NCBI GenBank assembly: GCA_964016885.1
Contig: OZ024741.1
Location: 53,072,001-53,136,000 of the forward strand
Direction: 5' to 3'
Source of the DNA: Eledone cirrhosa
Taxonomy: Eukaryota
Length of the DNA: 64,000 nucleotides
The notes under the pieces are model-generated. The model did no database searches and was not told the DNA's origin. It saw only the letters and a list, made by a program, of their open reading frames with translations. Shown in pieces: positions 41,306-57,105 of the stretch (within the stretch, counting starts at the first letter, position 1; every line of letters starts with the position of its first letter). A program made the position numbers and the translations under genes.

Positions 41306-41608
41306 CAGGTACACATACATATATGCACGCATCAGTTTAGCGGACGCTTATTATAACGCCGCTTTGTTCGTTTGTAAACAAACTGAACAGCCTGAATTTA
41401 TGCCATACGGTGTTAAGGCAACCACGTCACCTCTTTGTTCAACACTGACAAACGAACAAAGCGGCGTTATAATAAGCGTCCGCTAAACTGATGCGTGCAT
41501 ATATGTATGTGTACCTGTATGTATATATATATATATATATATATATGCATGCTACTGTACGTCTGTATACATATATGTATGTACGTATACATACATACTT
41601 ACATTTAT
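41210..41608. repeat. Inverted repeat, ~165-bp arms with ~70-bp spacer
   Basis: GCATCAGTTTAGCGGACGCTTATTATAACGCCGCTTTGTTCGTTTGT and its reverse complement; related to 38690-38925. Confidence 0.88.
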
Positions 41609-41619
41609 ATATATATATG

Positions 41620-41654
<35 letters not shown>

Positions 41655-42106
41655 AAGGGCAAAGGAGCTCTTAAGAGTCAATGGCCATCCAAAATCACCG
41701 GGAGAGATGACTCCTTAGCCTTTGTCGAGGCAGAATTCTAGGAGAAGGAAAACTCTGATATAACACCTGCAACTCTGATGGTATCCAATGATGTTGACTT
41801 GTTCTTCTTTTTGGTAAATATCATCTTGGTTAAGAGAGTGGGACTGGCTTTGTGCAGTGCCTTTGCTCACTATAAAAGCTTCACGGCACAGGCATTGCTT
41901 TATATCTGGAGATCTCTCTGCACTTGTCGTGACATGGTACCATGGGCCCAGCACTATGTGTCAATAATTGTCACAAGTGTAGTGTTTGTACCCGAGTTTT
42001 CAAGTCGCTGGCTGGACTGAAAAGTCACACTCGTTTAGCGCATCAGTAGGGGTTCTCCTACATGGATATAAAGTAGTGGCCGTACTCGAAAACGAGTTGG
42101 CAGCCA

Positions 42107-42581
<475 letters not shown>

Positions 42582-42710
42582 ATATATATATATATTAATA
42601 AGAGGAATTCCAACTTTGTCTGATTTACTCGTTTTATTTACAATCCTTTAACATTTATAATGGTATTATAATGAAATAGTATGATAGAATATTAAATTCT
42701 AAGTGTTAAT

Positions 42711-42749
42711 TGAACAAGTACTTTCATGCTTTCGCAATCTTCAGGTTCA
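42711..42749 (-). ncRNA. 39-nt minimal HHR (family H)
   Basis: TGAAC-CTGAAGA-T TGC GAAA GCA T-GAAA-GTAC-TT-GTTCA. Confidence 0.75.
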
Positions 42750-42804
42750 TAATATGTGGTGACAGTCAAGTTTGTAATTTTCAACTGTCAATTTTCAACG
42801 AAAG

Positions 42805-43012
42805 AAGTTGCAACGAAAGAAGTTTGATAAACTATATATATGTGTATTATTTTTGACCGTTGGTCAGTCAATGGCAACATTGAGGACCGAATAAATTAGA
42901 TTACCGATATAAAAGACACAGAAGCGAAAATCGAAAACCAACCAAACATTGAGTGTGTCCTGTTATTAATTCTGGCAATATTACACAAATATGACCCTCC
43001 CCAAATATAATA
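42805..43012 (+). mobile_element. Partial pLTR related to 24345-24557
   Basis: TTTTTGACCGTTGGTCAGTCAATGG...ATGACCCTCCCCAAA. Confidence 0.8.
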
Positions 43013-43043
43013 ATAATAATAATAATAATATATATATATATAT

Positions 43044-44951
<1,908 letters not shown>

Positions 44952-44956
<5 letters not shown>

Positions 44957-45324
44957 TAAAATAACAGATTAAAGTTTAAGCAAAGAATCGCTGTTTCACC
45001 CTTAACCTTTGCGCGTAATTGTTTTTCACCGCTCCTATTAATGACGTAATATATTCTTTTTTTCTCGTTCTTTGCCAGGGAACGTTTCCTGTATCGTCTT
45101 CCTGTCTTCCTCCGGTTGCAACGTTTTTTGAAATATCCACTTCTGCGTTTACAGATTGACTTTGTTAGTTTCAGAAGATCCCGTTAAGGGTGAAAGCAGC
45201 GATTCTTTGCTTAAACTTTAATCTGTTATTTTAATAAATATTTGCTCTACGGTTCTTATATATTTGATATATATTTATCCTTATCGAGCCCTCTTTGGAT
45301 TTTAGTCTTCAAATTTATTATTAT

Positions 45325-45330
<6 letters not shown>
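44952..45330 (+). mobile_element. Family F unit, inverted copy of 42207-42581; U4A HHR at 45167-45217
   Basis: Reverse complement with the same internal inversion breakpoint. Confidence 0.8.
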
Positions 45331-45377
<47 letters not shown>

Positions 45378-45777
45378 TTTACTTCTATAAGGGCAATGCT
45401 TGGTTCTGAATAACGAATGGCGTTTTCTGTCTGCATGTAGTAGAATTTCTGTCGCCAACACAATTTATTCCGCCTACCCTACCAGCGAACAATACATAAC
45501 ATTGATGCGTGTGTGCTATTCGGGGATGGATTTCTGTTATAATAATACCGAATTGGCGAGCCGTCCCCAAACCTAATCTATCTTTTATTCTCTGTTTGTG
45601 TTCGCCGTAATCCTGTTATCTTATATAACTAATTTTGTCATCAACATCTGTTGAAATCCCCTAAGTCTTGCATCATGATCGGATGATTAAACTGGGCCTT
45701 TTGAAAACGTATAGTGTTTTCACAAAATTAAGACTTTAAAGAATATTTCCAGCTCGGCCTTCTGTTCATTTCAAATG

Positions 45778-45874
<97 letters not shown>

Positions 45875-46347
45875 TTATATATATATATGTATGAGGATGG
45901 ATTCAGTTTGAAACTGGTTAGACCTCTTCTCAACAGAGGTAGCAGTTGAAACAGCAATAGCTCCAATGACTTAACATAGTCAGTTATTGATAAGACGATT
46001 TGACATTAATGCATGCAAGATTTCACAGCTCCAACATCATCCCTTAATAGCCTATTTACTTTTCAGCTGTCCCTCGTATATATTTATATATATATTTATA
46101 TATGACATAAGAAACGGACAATCAGTGTTGCGACGAATAGAATTTATTTCTCCATGGCAATTCGCTGCAATCGCTCAACTTGGGAAGGAGCAAAATAATT
46201 GGTGTGGGATGCGTAAAGAGTCCGCTTAAGCACTCGATATATATATATTGTTATGCTTTGGGAGGGCCATGTTGCCAACAAATTCATAAACGAAATATAT
46301 ATATACAATATAATCATAAATGGAAACTATATTTATAAAACCATAAT

Positions 46348-46412
46348 TATTTTATTATATATATTTCAAGGGCAACCATGGTAGTTTTGGCGCGCTTTCA
46401 TCAGATAAAATA
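46348..46412 (-). ncRNA. Family E minimal HHR
   Basis: TATTTTAT-CTGATGA-AAGCGC...GCCCTT-GAAA-T ATAT A-TA-ATAAAATA; 8-bp stem I. Confidence 0.8.
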
Positions 46413-46488
46413 CAAAATTTGTTCCATAAATGTTGACATACCCGTAGAAAACAACCTTAAATCCCAACAAATTAAATATAACTTCTGC

Positions 46489-46574
<86 letters not shown>

Positions 46575-47711
46575 TACATGTATGTATGTCAGTGTTTCAC
46601 AGTGCTCATTATAAGTGTGTATTTTTAGTTCAACTGTATGTAGTCTCAGAACCCCATCTCACCCTATCAAAAAAACCTTTGTCAACTACACCCCTCCTAT
46701 CTGTAAATGACTATATAAAAAAGTGCTTCCTTAACCATTGTAGTTCTCCACTATACACTATTCAATCACCCTAATTGATTGACCTTCAAGCAAAAAATAC
46801 TTAAGCCAAAAATCTTCCATTCAACCACACCTTAAATTCCATATCCTATAATTGGATTTTTTCCTCATTCCTATATATAGCCAAATTGCCATTCTTAGAT
46901 AAATATCCTGGCCATAAAACCAAATTGACCTAGATCATTTTCTATTATGACCAGAAAACTCTGTTGGCCAATCTAACATGCACCCACAACCCCTACCATC
47001 TCTCTCACAAGCACTAAAAAACACAAACAATAATTGCATTAACAGTTAACAAAACAGAAAAAAACCACTCACATTATGACCATCCTCTCCATAACCAACA
47101 TCGTCCAACAAAATCCGCCACCTCATTCATTCCTCCATTATTCTGGGGACTTCCAGACCGGGATAAAACTATTTGTCAGCATTGAAGCCTCAATTCCCAC
47201 CACGAATCTTTAATCTACAATATTCAGTCTTTTTTACATATAGCAGTACCTAGAAGATTCTAATCATGCTTCGTTACATACACACCCATATGTGTGTGTG
47301 TGTGTATGTATGTGTGTCTACAATATTTAATAGACTATATTTCTTTCAATAAACTAACGCAACCAAGACATCACAGTTTCAATATTTACGTGGCAATGTT
47401 ACAATTCCCCTGGATATCCCAGAACACACACACAAATACCTCCATTCCAACATCAACACACACACTAACGCACGCACGCACATACACACACACACACCAC
47501 ACTACACACACACACAGACACACACACACATACACAATTATATACATATACGTGCATGTGTGGGTATGTATGCAGTGAATATACTCTGCGTCTGGTGAAT
47601 TAGGATTAAGAGTTGCATCTTCACGCAATCTACACCACCGTGTACAGATTTCAGTTGCGATTACGCTTATCCCTTAATATCTACTGTAGCTCAATACATG
47701 TTATGTGTATG

Positions 47712-47759
<48 letters not shown>

Positions 47760-47786
47760 AGTATATATATATAAACAGTATATACA

Positions 47787-47860
<74 letters not shown>

Positions 47861-47872
47861 AGTATATATACA

Positions 47873-47905
<33 letters not shown>

Positions 47906-47998
47906 GTAATAATAATAAATTTGAAGACTAAAATCCAAAGAGGGCTCGATAAGGATAAATATATATCAGATATATAAGAACCGTAGAGCAAATCTGTT

Positions 47999-48175
<177 letters not shown>

Positions 48176-48184
48176 TACATATAC

Positions 48185-48218
<34 letters not shown>

Positions 48219-48600
48219 GCACATGGCTTAGTGGTTAGAGCAGTAGGTTTGCAATCGAAAGGTTGTGAGTTCAATTCTCGGACCGGGTGTTGTGTTGTTT
48301 CCTTGAGCAAGACACTTTATTTCACGTTGCTCCAGTTTAATCAGCTGAAAATGAGTACCAGCAATAGCTGGAGGTTTAACCCTGCGATGGTTTGGCGTCC
48401 TGTCCAGGGGGGAGTCTTGTACTCTCAGTCGCTTCACGTCATGAAACCGGGATAAGCACCGGCCAAATGAGCCTTCTGCGTTAAGACAGACTTTAGACTT
48501 ACGGCCTGCCCACCAGTGGGATGGCGTCATCGTATGGCTAAAACAGCACGTACTGTGACCAGCGCGTGCTGTGACGGGCTTGACTGGTCGGTCAAATTGA
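48219..48600 (+). mobile_element. tRNA-derived SINE
   Basis: TGGCTTAGTGGTTAGAGC A box, GAGTTCAATTC B box, CCTTGAGCAAGACACTT, AAAATGAGTACCAG. Confidence 0.85.
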
Positions 48601-48959
48601 TCAAGGTGATATATATAGTGTGTGTATATATATATGTGTGTGTGTGTGATTCAGTGAATTACTGGTAGTGGTACCGATATGAGCACTCGATGCACAGGTA
48701 TATTCTACATATTAAGAAAGAGAATGGAGATTCGTTTGCACGTGTCTAGCTTTTTATATTGTATCGGCCTGTATATTTTTGTTAAATGAACATTTTGAAG
48801 AGCACTATCGATATTGGAGTCGGGTCCAAATCTTCTATGAGTGACCTGCAACATATCCTCTGTGAAACTCACGTAATATGTCGACACACAATAAAAACGA
48901 AACTTCATCGTTTTTCTTTATATATGTTTGTATCTCCCTCCCCCCTCTCTCTCTATATA

Positions 48960-49002
<43 letters not shown>

Positions 49003-49005
<3 letters not shown>

Positions 49006-49545
49006 TCTTCCCTCACTTATTCCCGGGAGGGTCGTCGAGGCAGAGAACTCAACCCACTCCTTCCTGCTGTTCCTGTCAGAAGCAGCCCTCTCCATTTTAC
49101 CCGGCTAGATCCTCAAGCGAGAACGGCCAAGCTCAGGGATGTTATCCAATCCAATTGCTCAGGGTCTACTCGTGGGTCTCCTGTCGAATGGTTTTGCCCG
49201 TCTTCTTTACTGAGACATTCTAACGACTCTTTCGAAATATCGGACCTGTGGTCTCTCAAGTAAGAGAAGTAGCGGCTCTACCTGGAGTAACTCTCTGATC
49301 TCGGAGCTACGGACTCTATCGAGTAACGTTATTCCAAAGACCCGTCGGAAGCACCCCATTTTGGCCGCTTGTATACGCGATAGTATTCTTTCGGTCATTA
49401 CCTCAGATTCATGACCATTCTGATTACCGAATGCTGAAGCTGACGCATTACTGCACCAGCTTCTACAATCCTTACACTTAATTCAGCACCCCACCTTCTA
49501 TCACTGGAAAATGCGACCCCAAGATTCTTAAAATTATCGACCTAC
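49003..49545 (-). mobile_element. RTE-like LINE 3' fragment
   Basis: RIQAAKMGCFRRVFGITLLDRVRSSEIRELL. Confidence 0.8.
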
Positions 49546-49613
49546 TTCATATATTTAGAAACTTAGTGCAGTTTACTCTACATGTGAGTGCAGTTGCACA
49601 GAAATAGGTGGAA

Positions 49614-49669
<56 letters not shown>

Positions 49670-49747
49670 AAAAATTGAACAGGGACAGAACAGAGAGGCA
49701 GTACGACAAATGTTTATTAGCTTCACGCTCAGGAGAGTATATATATG

Positions 49748-49785
<38 letters not shown>

Positions 49786-49830
49786 GTGACAAAACATAAG
49801 TCAATTACATGAACTCATAATCCTTTATTT

Positions 49831-49886
49831 ACTGCTATATATATTTCGATGATAACCATTGAATGGCTATGACCTCATCATGCAGT
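49831..49886 (-). ncRNA. Minimal HHR with C3A change
   Basis: ACTGC-ATGATGA-long stem II-GAAA-TATATA-TA-GCAGT. Confidence 0.6.
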
Positions 49887-49960
49887 CAGTCAGTTCTTAG
49901 ATATTCCAGCTCTGTGTTTATGGTGTTGATGGTATCAGAGCCTTGGGACATATATGTATA

Positions 49961-49992
<32 letters not shown>

Positions 49993-50004
49993 GGAACAAG
50001 TAAG

Positions 50005-50098
50005 ACCCCGACGGCTGAGCTCAAGCCGTTTCGACGGCTAATTCTGGACTGAATGAACATTTATTCTGGTATTTAAATAGCCGAGCTTATCAAGGGGT
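50005..50098 (-). ncRNA. U3-A8 HHR in the 3' pLTR
   Basis: ACCCC-TTGATAA-extended stem II-GAAA-CGGCT TGAGCTC AGCCG-TC-GGGGT. Confidence 0.85.
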
Positions 50099-51166
50099 AA
50101 TTCCATATATGGTCAAAGAGACAATCACCAGGATTGGTCACATCACAAGTTAGTAGTAAATCGGTGATGGCAAATTGGTGGGGGAGGCGTAGCTAAACCT
50201 GCCGGTAGGAGAAAAAGTGAGAGGGGGTGGAGTAGACCCATTCATGCGTTGGTAGTGCCGGCTACAGCTGGGCGTGAGGTCAAATGTATACTGGGGAGGG
50301 GGAGGGGGAGGAATTCGAAACGGTAAGTAGAACAATGTGGGTAAAACTATAACCAGTACTGAGAGAGAGAAAAAAAAATAAGCAAAGTCTGGTTACTAAG
50401 ACTTAAGTCTCTCGCTATTGCTAGGCTAAAGAAATACATAAATAAATAAATAAACAAATACGTGAATAAAAGAATAAATAAATAAATTTAAAAATATATA
50501 TAATGAAGAATAAAATACTAAAGAGACTGCCACGAAATAATAAAGGTTTCTACCCCAATCACAGGGCCAGCAACCACCCAGTGCAAGAAAGTAAACTAGT
50601 ACGAGAATATAATTTAGGATCCCGCAAAAAATACTAGTGCTAACTCTAAGGGTACCGCACGAAACGAAAAGTCTTATACACGCTACATGAAAGATCGTAC
50701 GAAGTAAAAGTAAAGAACGGAAAATTAATTCAGAACCCCCACCCCCCACCCCCCAAAAACAAAAGGGAAAAAGAAGAAAGAAATAATGGATAAACGAGAA
50801 ATTAAAGCAAAGATGCCACTAAGAAATATAGAAGGCACGGAAAAAGGAACAGCGGTCGGAGAAGGGCGCAAGTATCCGAAGTCTAACACCTCTGCTATAA
50901 AAAGCGTAGTCAGGTAAATCTATCATAGAATTGGGGAAGGGGGTGGGGGTGTTGAAGCTACAAGGGACCGAGGGTCTACCTCGGGTGGGCGAGAAAAAGA
51001 CGACGACAATGAAAAGGAACTGGGGTAGAAGGACTAAGGGAGGGATGGGGGGAAGATGGAAATATAGAGGAAGCGATAAAAGTAAGTAAAAGAAGATCTT
51101 ACGTCTCCATTGGCAAGCAGGGGTTACCCATTACAAAATAGGCAAGTGGTGTGTTATAGCCCTAGT

Positions 51167-53325
51167 CTAACCCTCCGGGTCATTATGGGGTTTGAGGGCG
51201 AGGTAAGTCCTACGTAATCGGCGTTTACATGCAGTAACCAGTTCATCTTTCTTGTTTAGTAGTTGGTCCGTCGAAAACAGCATTTGTAAAGTTTCCTCCG
51301 AGCATAAATTGCACGGACGGCGTCCTCCCGTGTAAGAGTTGGCTCTGGACAGTAATTTCCAAGTGAGATCATAGTTAATGTTGTTGTCCTTGAGGTCCCA
51401 TATGTGGCCCGAAAGTGTAGTGGCGTGACGCCGGGCCGGGTTTCGGAAGGTATGTCTGTGTTGGTATAGCCGGGTCTTGAAGTCACATGCGGTTAATCCT
51501 ATATAAGCTTTGTTGGAGGTGTCCGTGCTCACGTTGCACTGGTAGATCACATTACGGTCTCTGCATCTGTTGTCGAGGGGGAAACTGGATCTATCAGGAC
51601 AATTGCACCTCCTGGTCGGTTCTCCACTGCTATTTGGGTTGTTTCTTCCATCGGGGTTGAGTTTTTTGTTGTTGGAGGAGACGATGTTTTGTGCGAAGTT
51701 AGGTGTAGTGCTGTAAGAGAGTTTGATGGTATTTTTGTTAATTATGTTGTGGTAGCGGTGTTGTGGTGGGAAGTGTTTTTCAATGAGCCTAAAGAAAATT
51801 TTCCCGATGGGAGTTGTCACCTCGGCGTTGTGGGGAGGATTGAACCATGTTACATTGCGTGAGCGGCGGTGTCGCCTGCTGGTTCCGCTAATGGGAGCTG
51901 GACAGTAGGATATTTCCTCCCGGAAACCACTCCGCTTGAGGGCCTGGTTGTAGTAAGGCGCATGTTCATCGAATATCTTCTCATTAGCTGACAAACGAGA
52001 TATGCGGAGGGAGATGTTTTTGACCAGGTTGTTGGTGATGTTCCTAGGATGGTTAGATCGGCGGTGGATATAGTGCAGGTTGTCATTGGCTTTCCTGTAT
52101 GGGTAGTACAGGTCATTATTAAGATCAAGGGTAACGTCAGGAAATTAACTCGGGTTAGGGACGTTTGTAGGGTTATTTTAAATCCCCAGTCGCGGAAGAA
52201 GCTGATTAATTGTTTACGGACCCGATCTGTACTACTGAGGTTGTACCCTTTAAGGGTAAGGAGCCCATCATCACGGTACAATCCACCACCGAAAGCAGGA
52301 AACATATCGGTGAGTTTGGCTATAAGGAATAATCCTATAAGATCTGTGACCTCCGCCGAATCCGTCGCGCCCATGCTGACGTCGAAGGGTGAGTCAGGAG
52401 CTCTTTTTATCCATTTGGAGTTGTCAAAGAGTAAGACTGTCTTCCTGGCGTGGAGGATGATTTTTCTTTCCTGGTCGGTGATGGGCACAAGTGCTTCGGC
52501 GAAGTCAAAGGCGGCAGTAAGTAGCGGTTAGGTGATTGAAGCATAGTAGCTCTCTATGTCGAACTGGATAAATTTAGTGTCTCGTTTATCCTCCATATTG
52601 CTGAACCATGAGATAACTTCCTGGGTGTTGATTCATAGGCTAAGTCGGGCGTGTTGCTTGACTTTTGGTATCACGCGGTCTAGGATTTTTTTGCTGATTC
52701 TCCCTATGTCGGACTTCGTTGGGTTTATAAGCCTGATAGATGGTTTACGGTCGAAATCGGATTTGTGGTCCTTCAGTGTGAAGTATGGTGTCCGTGGGTC
52801 TAGAGGTTCGGTGCGGTCAGCGACCCCGAGGCTGGAGGTAATTTGTTGTCCATCTCGATTAATGTCCTCGATGCATGAGTGGTTAGCCTTTTTATAGGTG
52901 GAGTTTAGGCTGCTCCTGATCAGTGTGTGGTATCTGTCGGGGTTGACAATTTATAGGTTCCCAGTTTTATCCGAATGCACCAGGATGTCATTGGTGTTAT
53001 CATACTCTGTTAAGTTGCTACGGAGTTTTTGTAGGAATCGGTTGTGTCTGGGTTTGAATTTAAGGTTCTTGACCAGTTGGAATAGGTCATTCTCGAAGGG
53101 TGAGAGCAAAGGGTTCTGGGGCGGGGGGAGAGATTTGTAAGTAATAAATCCGAATCTCTCCTTGGTACCGAAGTCCTGATTGTCGCAAAATCTGTCGTAG
53201 AAAAAAGTTCTCCATCTAAGTCTTTTCGCAAATAGATCGATTTTTTGCGTGAGCATCCGAAGGTAAAGTTTTTTCGGTGGGATTGGGATGTTCTTGGTAG
53301 AGAAGTCGATGTTGTGTTTTCGCAT
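51167..53325 (-). pseudogene. PLE RT plus GIY-YIG polyprotein with 3 in-frame stops (52951, 52633, 52528) and a frameshift near 52139
   Basis: KNIPIP, DKTGN, TLKDHK, RLINP, FDIESYY, MGA, GLYRDDGL, WFNPP, CxC linker, NVIY...YIG. Confidence 0.92.
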
Positions 53326-53504
53326 GGTGCAAGAAATTGAGCTTAGCGGAAAAGTCTGGATACGGCGTGGTAGGGTCGGAAAGTGCTCTACTACGGGGAT
53401 AGGAGCTAGATAACGAAGGAAATGTGGTAAGGAACCAGGTGGACCATAACGCACCAAAGTACTCAATACTTAGGGTAGTAGAGTGGGTAATAGGAACAAG
53501 TAAG

Positions 53505-53598
53505 ACCCCGACGGCTGAGCTCAAGCCGTTTCGACGGCTAATTCTGGACTGAATGAAAATTTATTCTGGTATTTAAATAGCCGAGCTTATCAAGGGGT
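53505..53598 (-). ncRNA. U3-A8 HHR in the 5' pLTR
   Basis: Same motif as 50005-50098. Confidence 0.85.
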
Positions 53599-54905
53599 AA
53601 TTCCATATATGGTCAAAGAGACAATCACCAGGATTGGTCACATCACAAGTTAGTAGTAAATCGGTGATGGCAAATTGGTGGGGGAAGGGGGAGCTAAACC
53701 TGCCGGTAGGAGAAAAAGTGAGAGGGGGTGGAGTAGACCCATTCATGCGTTGGTAGTGCCGGCTACAGCTGGGCGTGAGGTCAAATGGATACTGGGAAGG
53801 GGGAGGGGGAGGAATTCGAAACGGTAAGTAGAACAATGAGGGGTAAAACTATAACCAGTACTGAGAGAGAGAAAAAAAAAAGCAAAGTCTGGTTACTAAG
53901 ACTTAAGTCTCTCGCTATTGCTAGGCTAAAGAAATACATAAATAAATAAATAAACAAATACGTGAATAAAAGAATAGATAAATAAATTTAAAAATATATA
54001 TAATGAAGAATAAAATACTAAAGAGACTGCCACGAAATAATAAAGGTTTCTACCCCAATCACAGGGCCAGCAACCACCCAGTGCAAGAAAGTAAACTAGT
54101 ACGAGAATATAATTTAGGGTCCCGCAAAAAAATACTAGTGCTAACTCTAAGGGTACCGCACGAAACGAAAAGCCTTATACACGCTACATGAAAGATCGTA
54201 CGAAGTAAAAGTAAAGAACGGAAAATTAATACAGAACCCCCCCCCCCCCCCCCCCCCAACAAAAGGGAAAAAGAAGAAAGAAATACTGGATAAACGAGAA
54301 ATTAAAGCAAAGATGCCACTAAGAAATATAGAAGGCACGGAAAAAGGGACAGCGGTCGGAGAAGGGGGCAAGTATCCGAAGTCTAGACCTCTGCTATAAA
54401 AAGCGGAGTCAGCCAAATCTATCATAGAATAGGGGAAGGGGTTGGGGGTGTTGAAGCTACAAGGGACCGAGGGGCTACCTCGGGTGGGCGAGAAAAAGAC
54501 GACGACAATGAAAAGGAACTGGGGTAGAAGGACTAAGGGAGGGATGGGGGGAACAAGGAAATATAGAGGAAGCGATAAAAGTATGTAAAAGAAGATCTTA
54601 CGTCTCCATTGGCAAGCAGGGGTTACCCATTACAAAATAGGCAAGTGGGGCATAGTTTTACCCTTCATTGTTCTACTTACCGTTTCGAATTCCTCCCCTT
54701 CCCCCTCCCCAGTATCCATTTGACCTCACGCCCAGCTGTAGCCGGCACTACCAACGCATGAATGGGTCTACTCCACCCCCACTCACTTTTTCTCCTACCG
54801 GCAGGTTTAGCTACCCCTTCCCCCACCAATTTGCCATCACCGATTTACTACTAACTTGTGATGTGACCAATCCTGGTGATTGTCTCTTTGACCATGTATG
54901 GAATT

Positions 54906-54999
54906 ACCCCTTGATAAGCTCGGCTATTTAAATACCAGAATACATTTTCATTCAGTCCAGAATTAGCCGTCGAAACGGCTTGAGCTCAGCCGTCGGGGT
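54906..54999 (+). ncRNA. U3-A8 HHR in the inverted pLTR
   Basis: Same motif on the plus strand; GUC cleavage triplet at 54992-54994. Confidence 0.85.
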
Positions 55000-55090
55000 C
55001 TTACTTGTTCCTATTACCCACTCTACTACCCTAAGTATTGAGTACTTTGGTGCGTTATGCTCCACCTGGTTCCTTACCACATTTCTTTCG

Positions 55091-55144
<54 letters not shown>

Positions 55145-55586
55145 CGAAAGAAATGTGGTAAATATATTGTTAATAACTCCCTCTGGTCGAGCAATCTTTG
55201 AGGTGTGGGGACAACTGGAAAGCTTCCATTACTCATACTTCTAGCCTTCTTCACCACCTCTTCTGCGGCCTCGATATGAATACCCCCTCCGCCTCTGTGG
55301 TATTTTCTTCGTGGTTATAAGAGGCTTAGCTCTGTTTCTCGACCGTTATATCGCGTGACTATCTCCCCCTCCGCCTTTTGGGATTCTTTCTCACGTCGTG
55401 TAGACGCGTTCTTGAGACTAGTAAAATGAGGTATCCTCTTGATAAGTCGGCAGACCTCGCAGGGACTCTATATCTTTATGATATATTGTTTTTGTTTATG
55501 CCACGAAACTACGTAGTCGAGGAATTTAGGAGCAGTTTAGGTATGATACATTTTATTACTAATTATATCTAAATGTTTCTTCTCTC

Positions 55587-55625
<39 letters not shown>

Positions 55626-55627
<2 letters not shown>

Positions 55628-56546
55628 TAGCAGTAGGACCCGGCGTGGCACGTGGTAGGAAACGTGAAATAGCAACTCGCATATAGAAACATTGAGGAAT
55701 GTAGCTGTGTACTTTTTGAATTCCTTTATTCTCAGGGAATGATTGTTCATCTACTGGAAACGTAGAACACCAGCAGGCCCGAATCGTGAAACACCTGCAA
55801 ATTCTGAAGAAAATCAGCTGGATACTCTTTAAGCGTATTAAATCTTAGAGTATGATTTTTTTTCCATTTGAAGATAATCGGGTAGGTACTTTTCAAGTTT
55901 TATAGAATCGTATCCAGTCATCCAGACATCATCTGAAGGAGCGACGTAGTCAATTGTGTGAAAACCATGTAGGGATGTACGTTTAAGTAGGGATATTGAT
56001 ATGACGAAATTTAGCGTGGCAAAGCAGCTGCAGCAGAAGGGTGTCATAGTGCAATTAGCACAAACGCTAGGCGACACTGGTTGCATTGCGTTTACACAGC
56101 AACAAAGGTGCGACAAAAGGGGTCACCGCGGAATTAGCACAACCACTGTTCGGCGTACTTGCGCAGGACGTTCATACTGCAGTGTAGGTGCAACAAAAGG
56201 GGTCTTAGTAGAAGTAGCACAGGGGTGAATTTTACGGTGTCAATAACACGGCAACGTAGATAGGGCCCGGATTTACGCATGATGAAAGCACGAAGCGTCA
56301 ACAGGGCGCCGACAAAAATTTGAAGGTCCTCCTTATTTCCTCAATCCCCCGAAAATGGTCCTGCTTAAAGTAAGTGTTGTGTCCTCTGTTAAATAAACCA
56401 AATTTTGAATGAAATATTATACGTTACTTACGATGTTTAAGCAGCGTTTATATTGAAAATGAAAATGACATGTAATGCCCAATGCTAATTCGCAAATTTC
56501 CTAAGACAGACACAGGCAGACATCCTCTCTCTGTTTTATATATATA
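55626..56546 (-). mobile_element. Non-autonomous Helitron-like element
   Basis: Minus-strand end CTAGT preceded by a GC-rich hairpin-like segment; TGTC-type repeat near the other end; weak YPADFLQNL helicase-like remnant. Confidence 0.5.
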
Positions 56547-56547
56547 T

Positions 56548-57066
56548 ACTAGCAGAAAACCACCCCATGGGCGGTTTTCTGCTAGCAATTGTAGTGTATA
56601 TACTGATATTGTTGAGCTATGGATGAGAAATTGAACAAATCAAACGTATTAATCAAATCCCGCAGCTCTAGACTGAGGTTATGGAACTGCGCAATCTGAT
56701 TAATAAATTACCTCATCAGCAGCAACCTTCTTCAAATGGTCCTTATTATCAGCAGCAACAACCACAAATTCAATGGCAACCTTCGTCAAATGGTCCTTGG
56801 CATGGTGTCAGGTCAGAACAGCCTCGAACTGGTTACTTCTGGCTCGTGCAAGGTGTCTCTATAGCAACCAGCGATTCCCTTGGCCTCAGTGACCAAAGTC
56901 AGTGGAGAGGGGAAGGTAAGGTTTCTATAGCGATAGTGTTTCTCTTGGTAGTACGAAAGTGGAGAAAGGAAGGGGAAGGTAATATTTCTGTAGCACCTAC
57001 ATTTGAGTTTTAGGGACGGACAGACAGACAGACAGACAGACAAACAGAGAAATGCCCATATATTTC

Positions 57067-57105
<39 letters not shown>

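Larger units (their letters stand above)
49991..55093 (-). mobile_element. Near full-length Naiad-type Penelope-like element with direct pLTRs (49991-51149, 53491-54648) and inverted pLTR (54652-55093)
   Basis: Direct repeats offset by 3500 bp; inverted copy of 53410-53852; (TA)n on both sides. Confidence 0.92.

Noticed and set aside
46600-47290. Possible decayed PLE coding remnant
   Set aside because: Too many stops to assign without a profile search
48219-48290. tRNA-like sequence
   Set aside because: It is a SINE head: no proper acceptor stem and it continues into a SINE body
52633-52635. In-frame TGA in the Naiad ORF as possible selenocysteine (some Naiads encode selenoproteins)
   Set aside because: It falls where Trp is expected (TGG to TGA), not Cys, and TAA stops and a frameshift show ordinary decay
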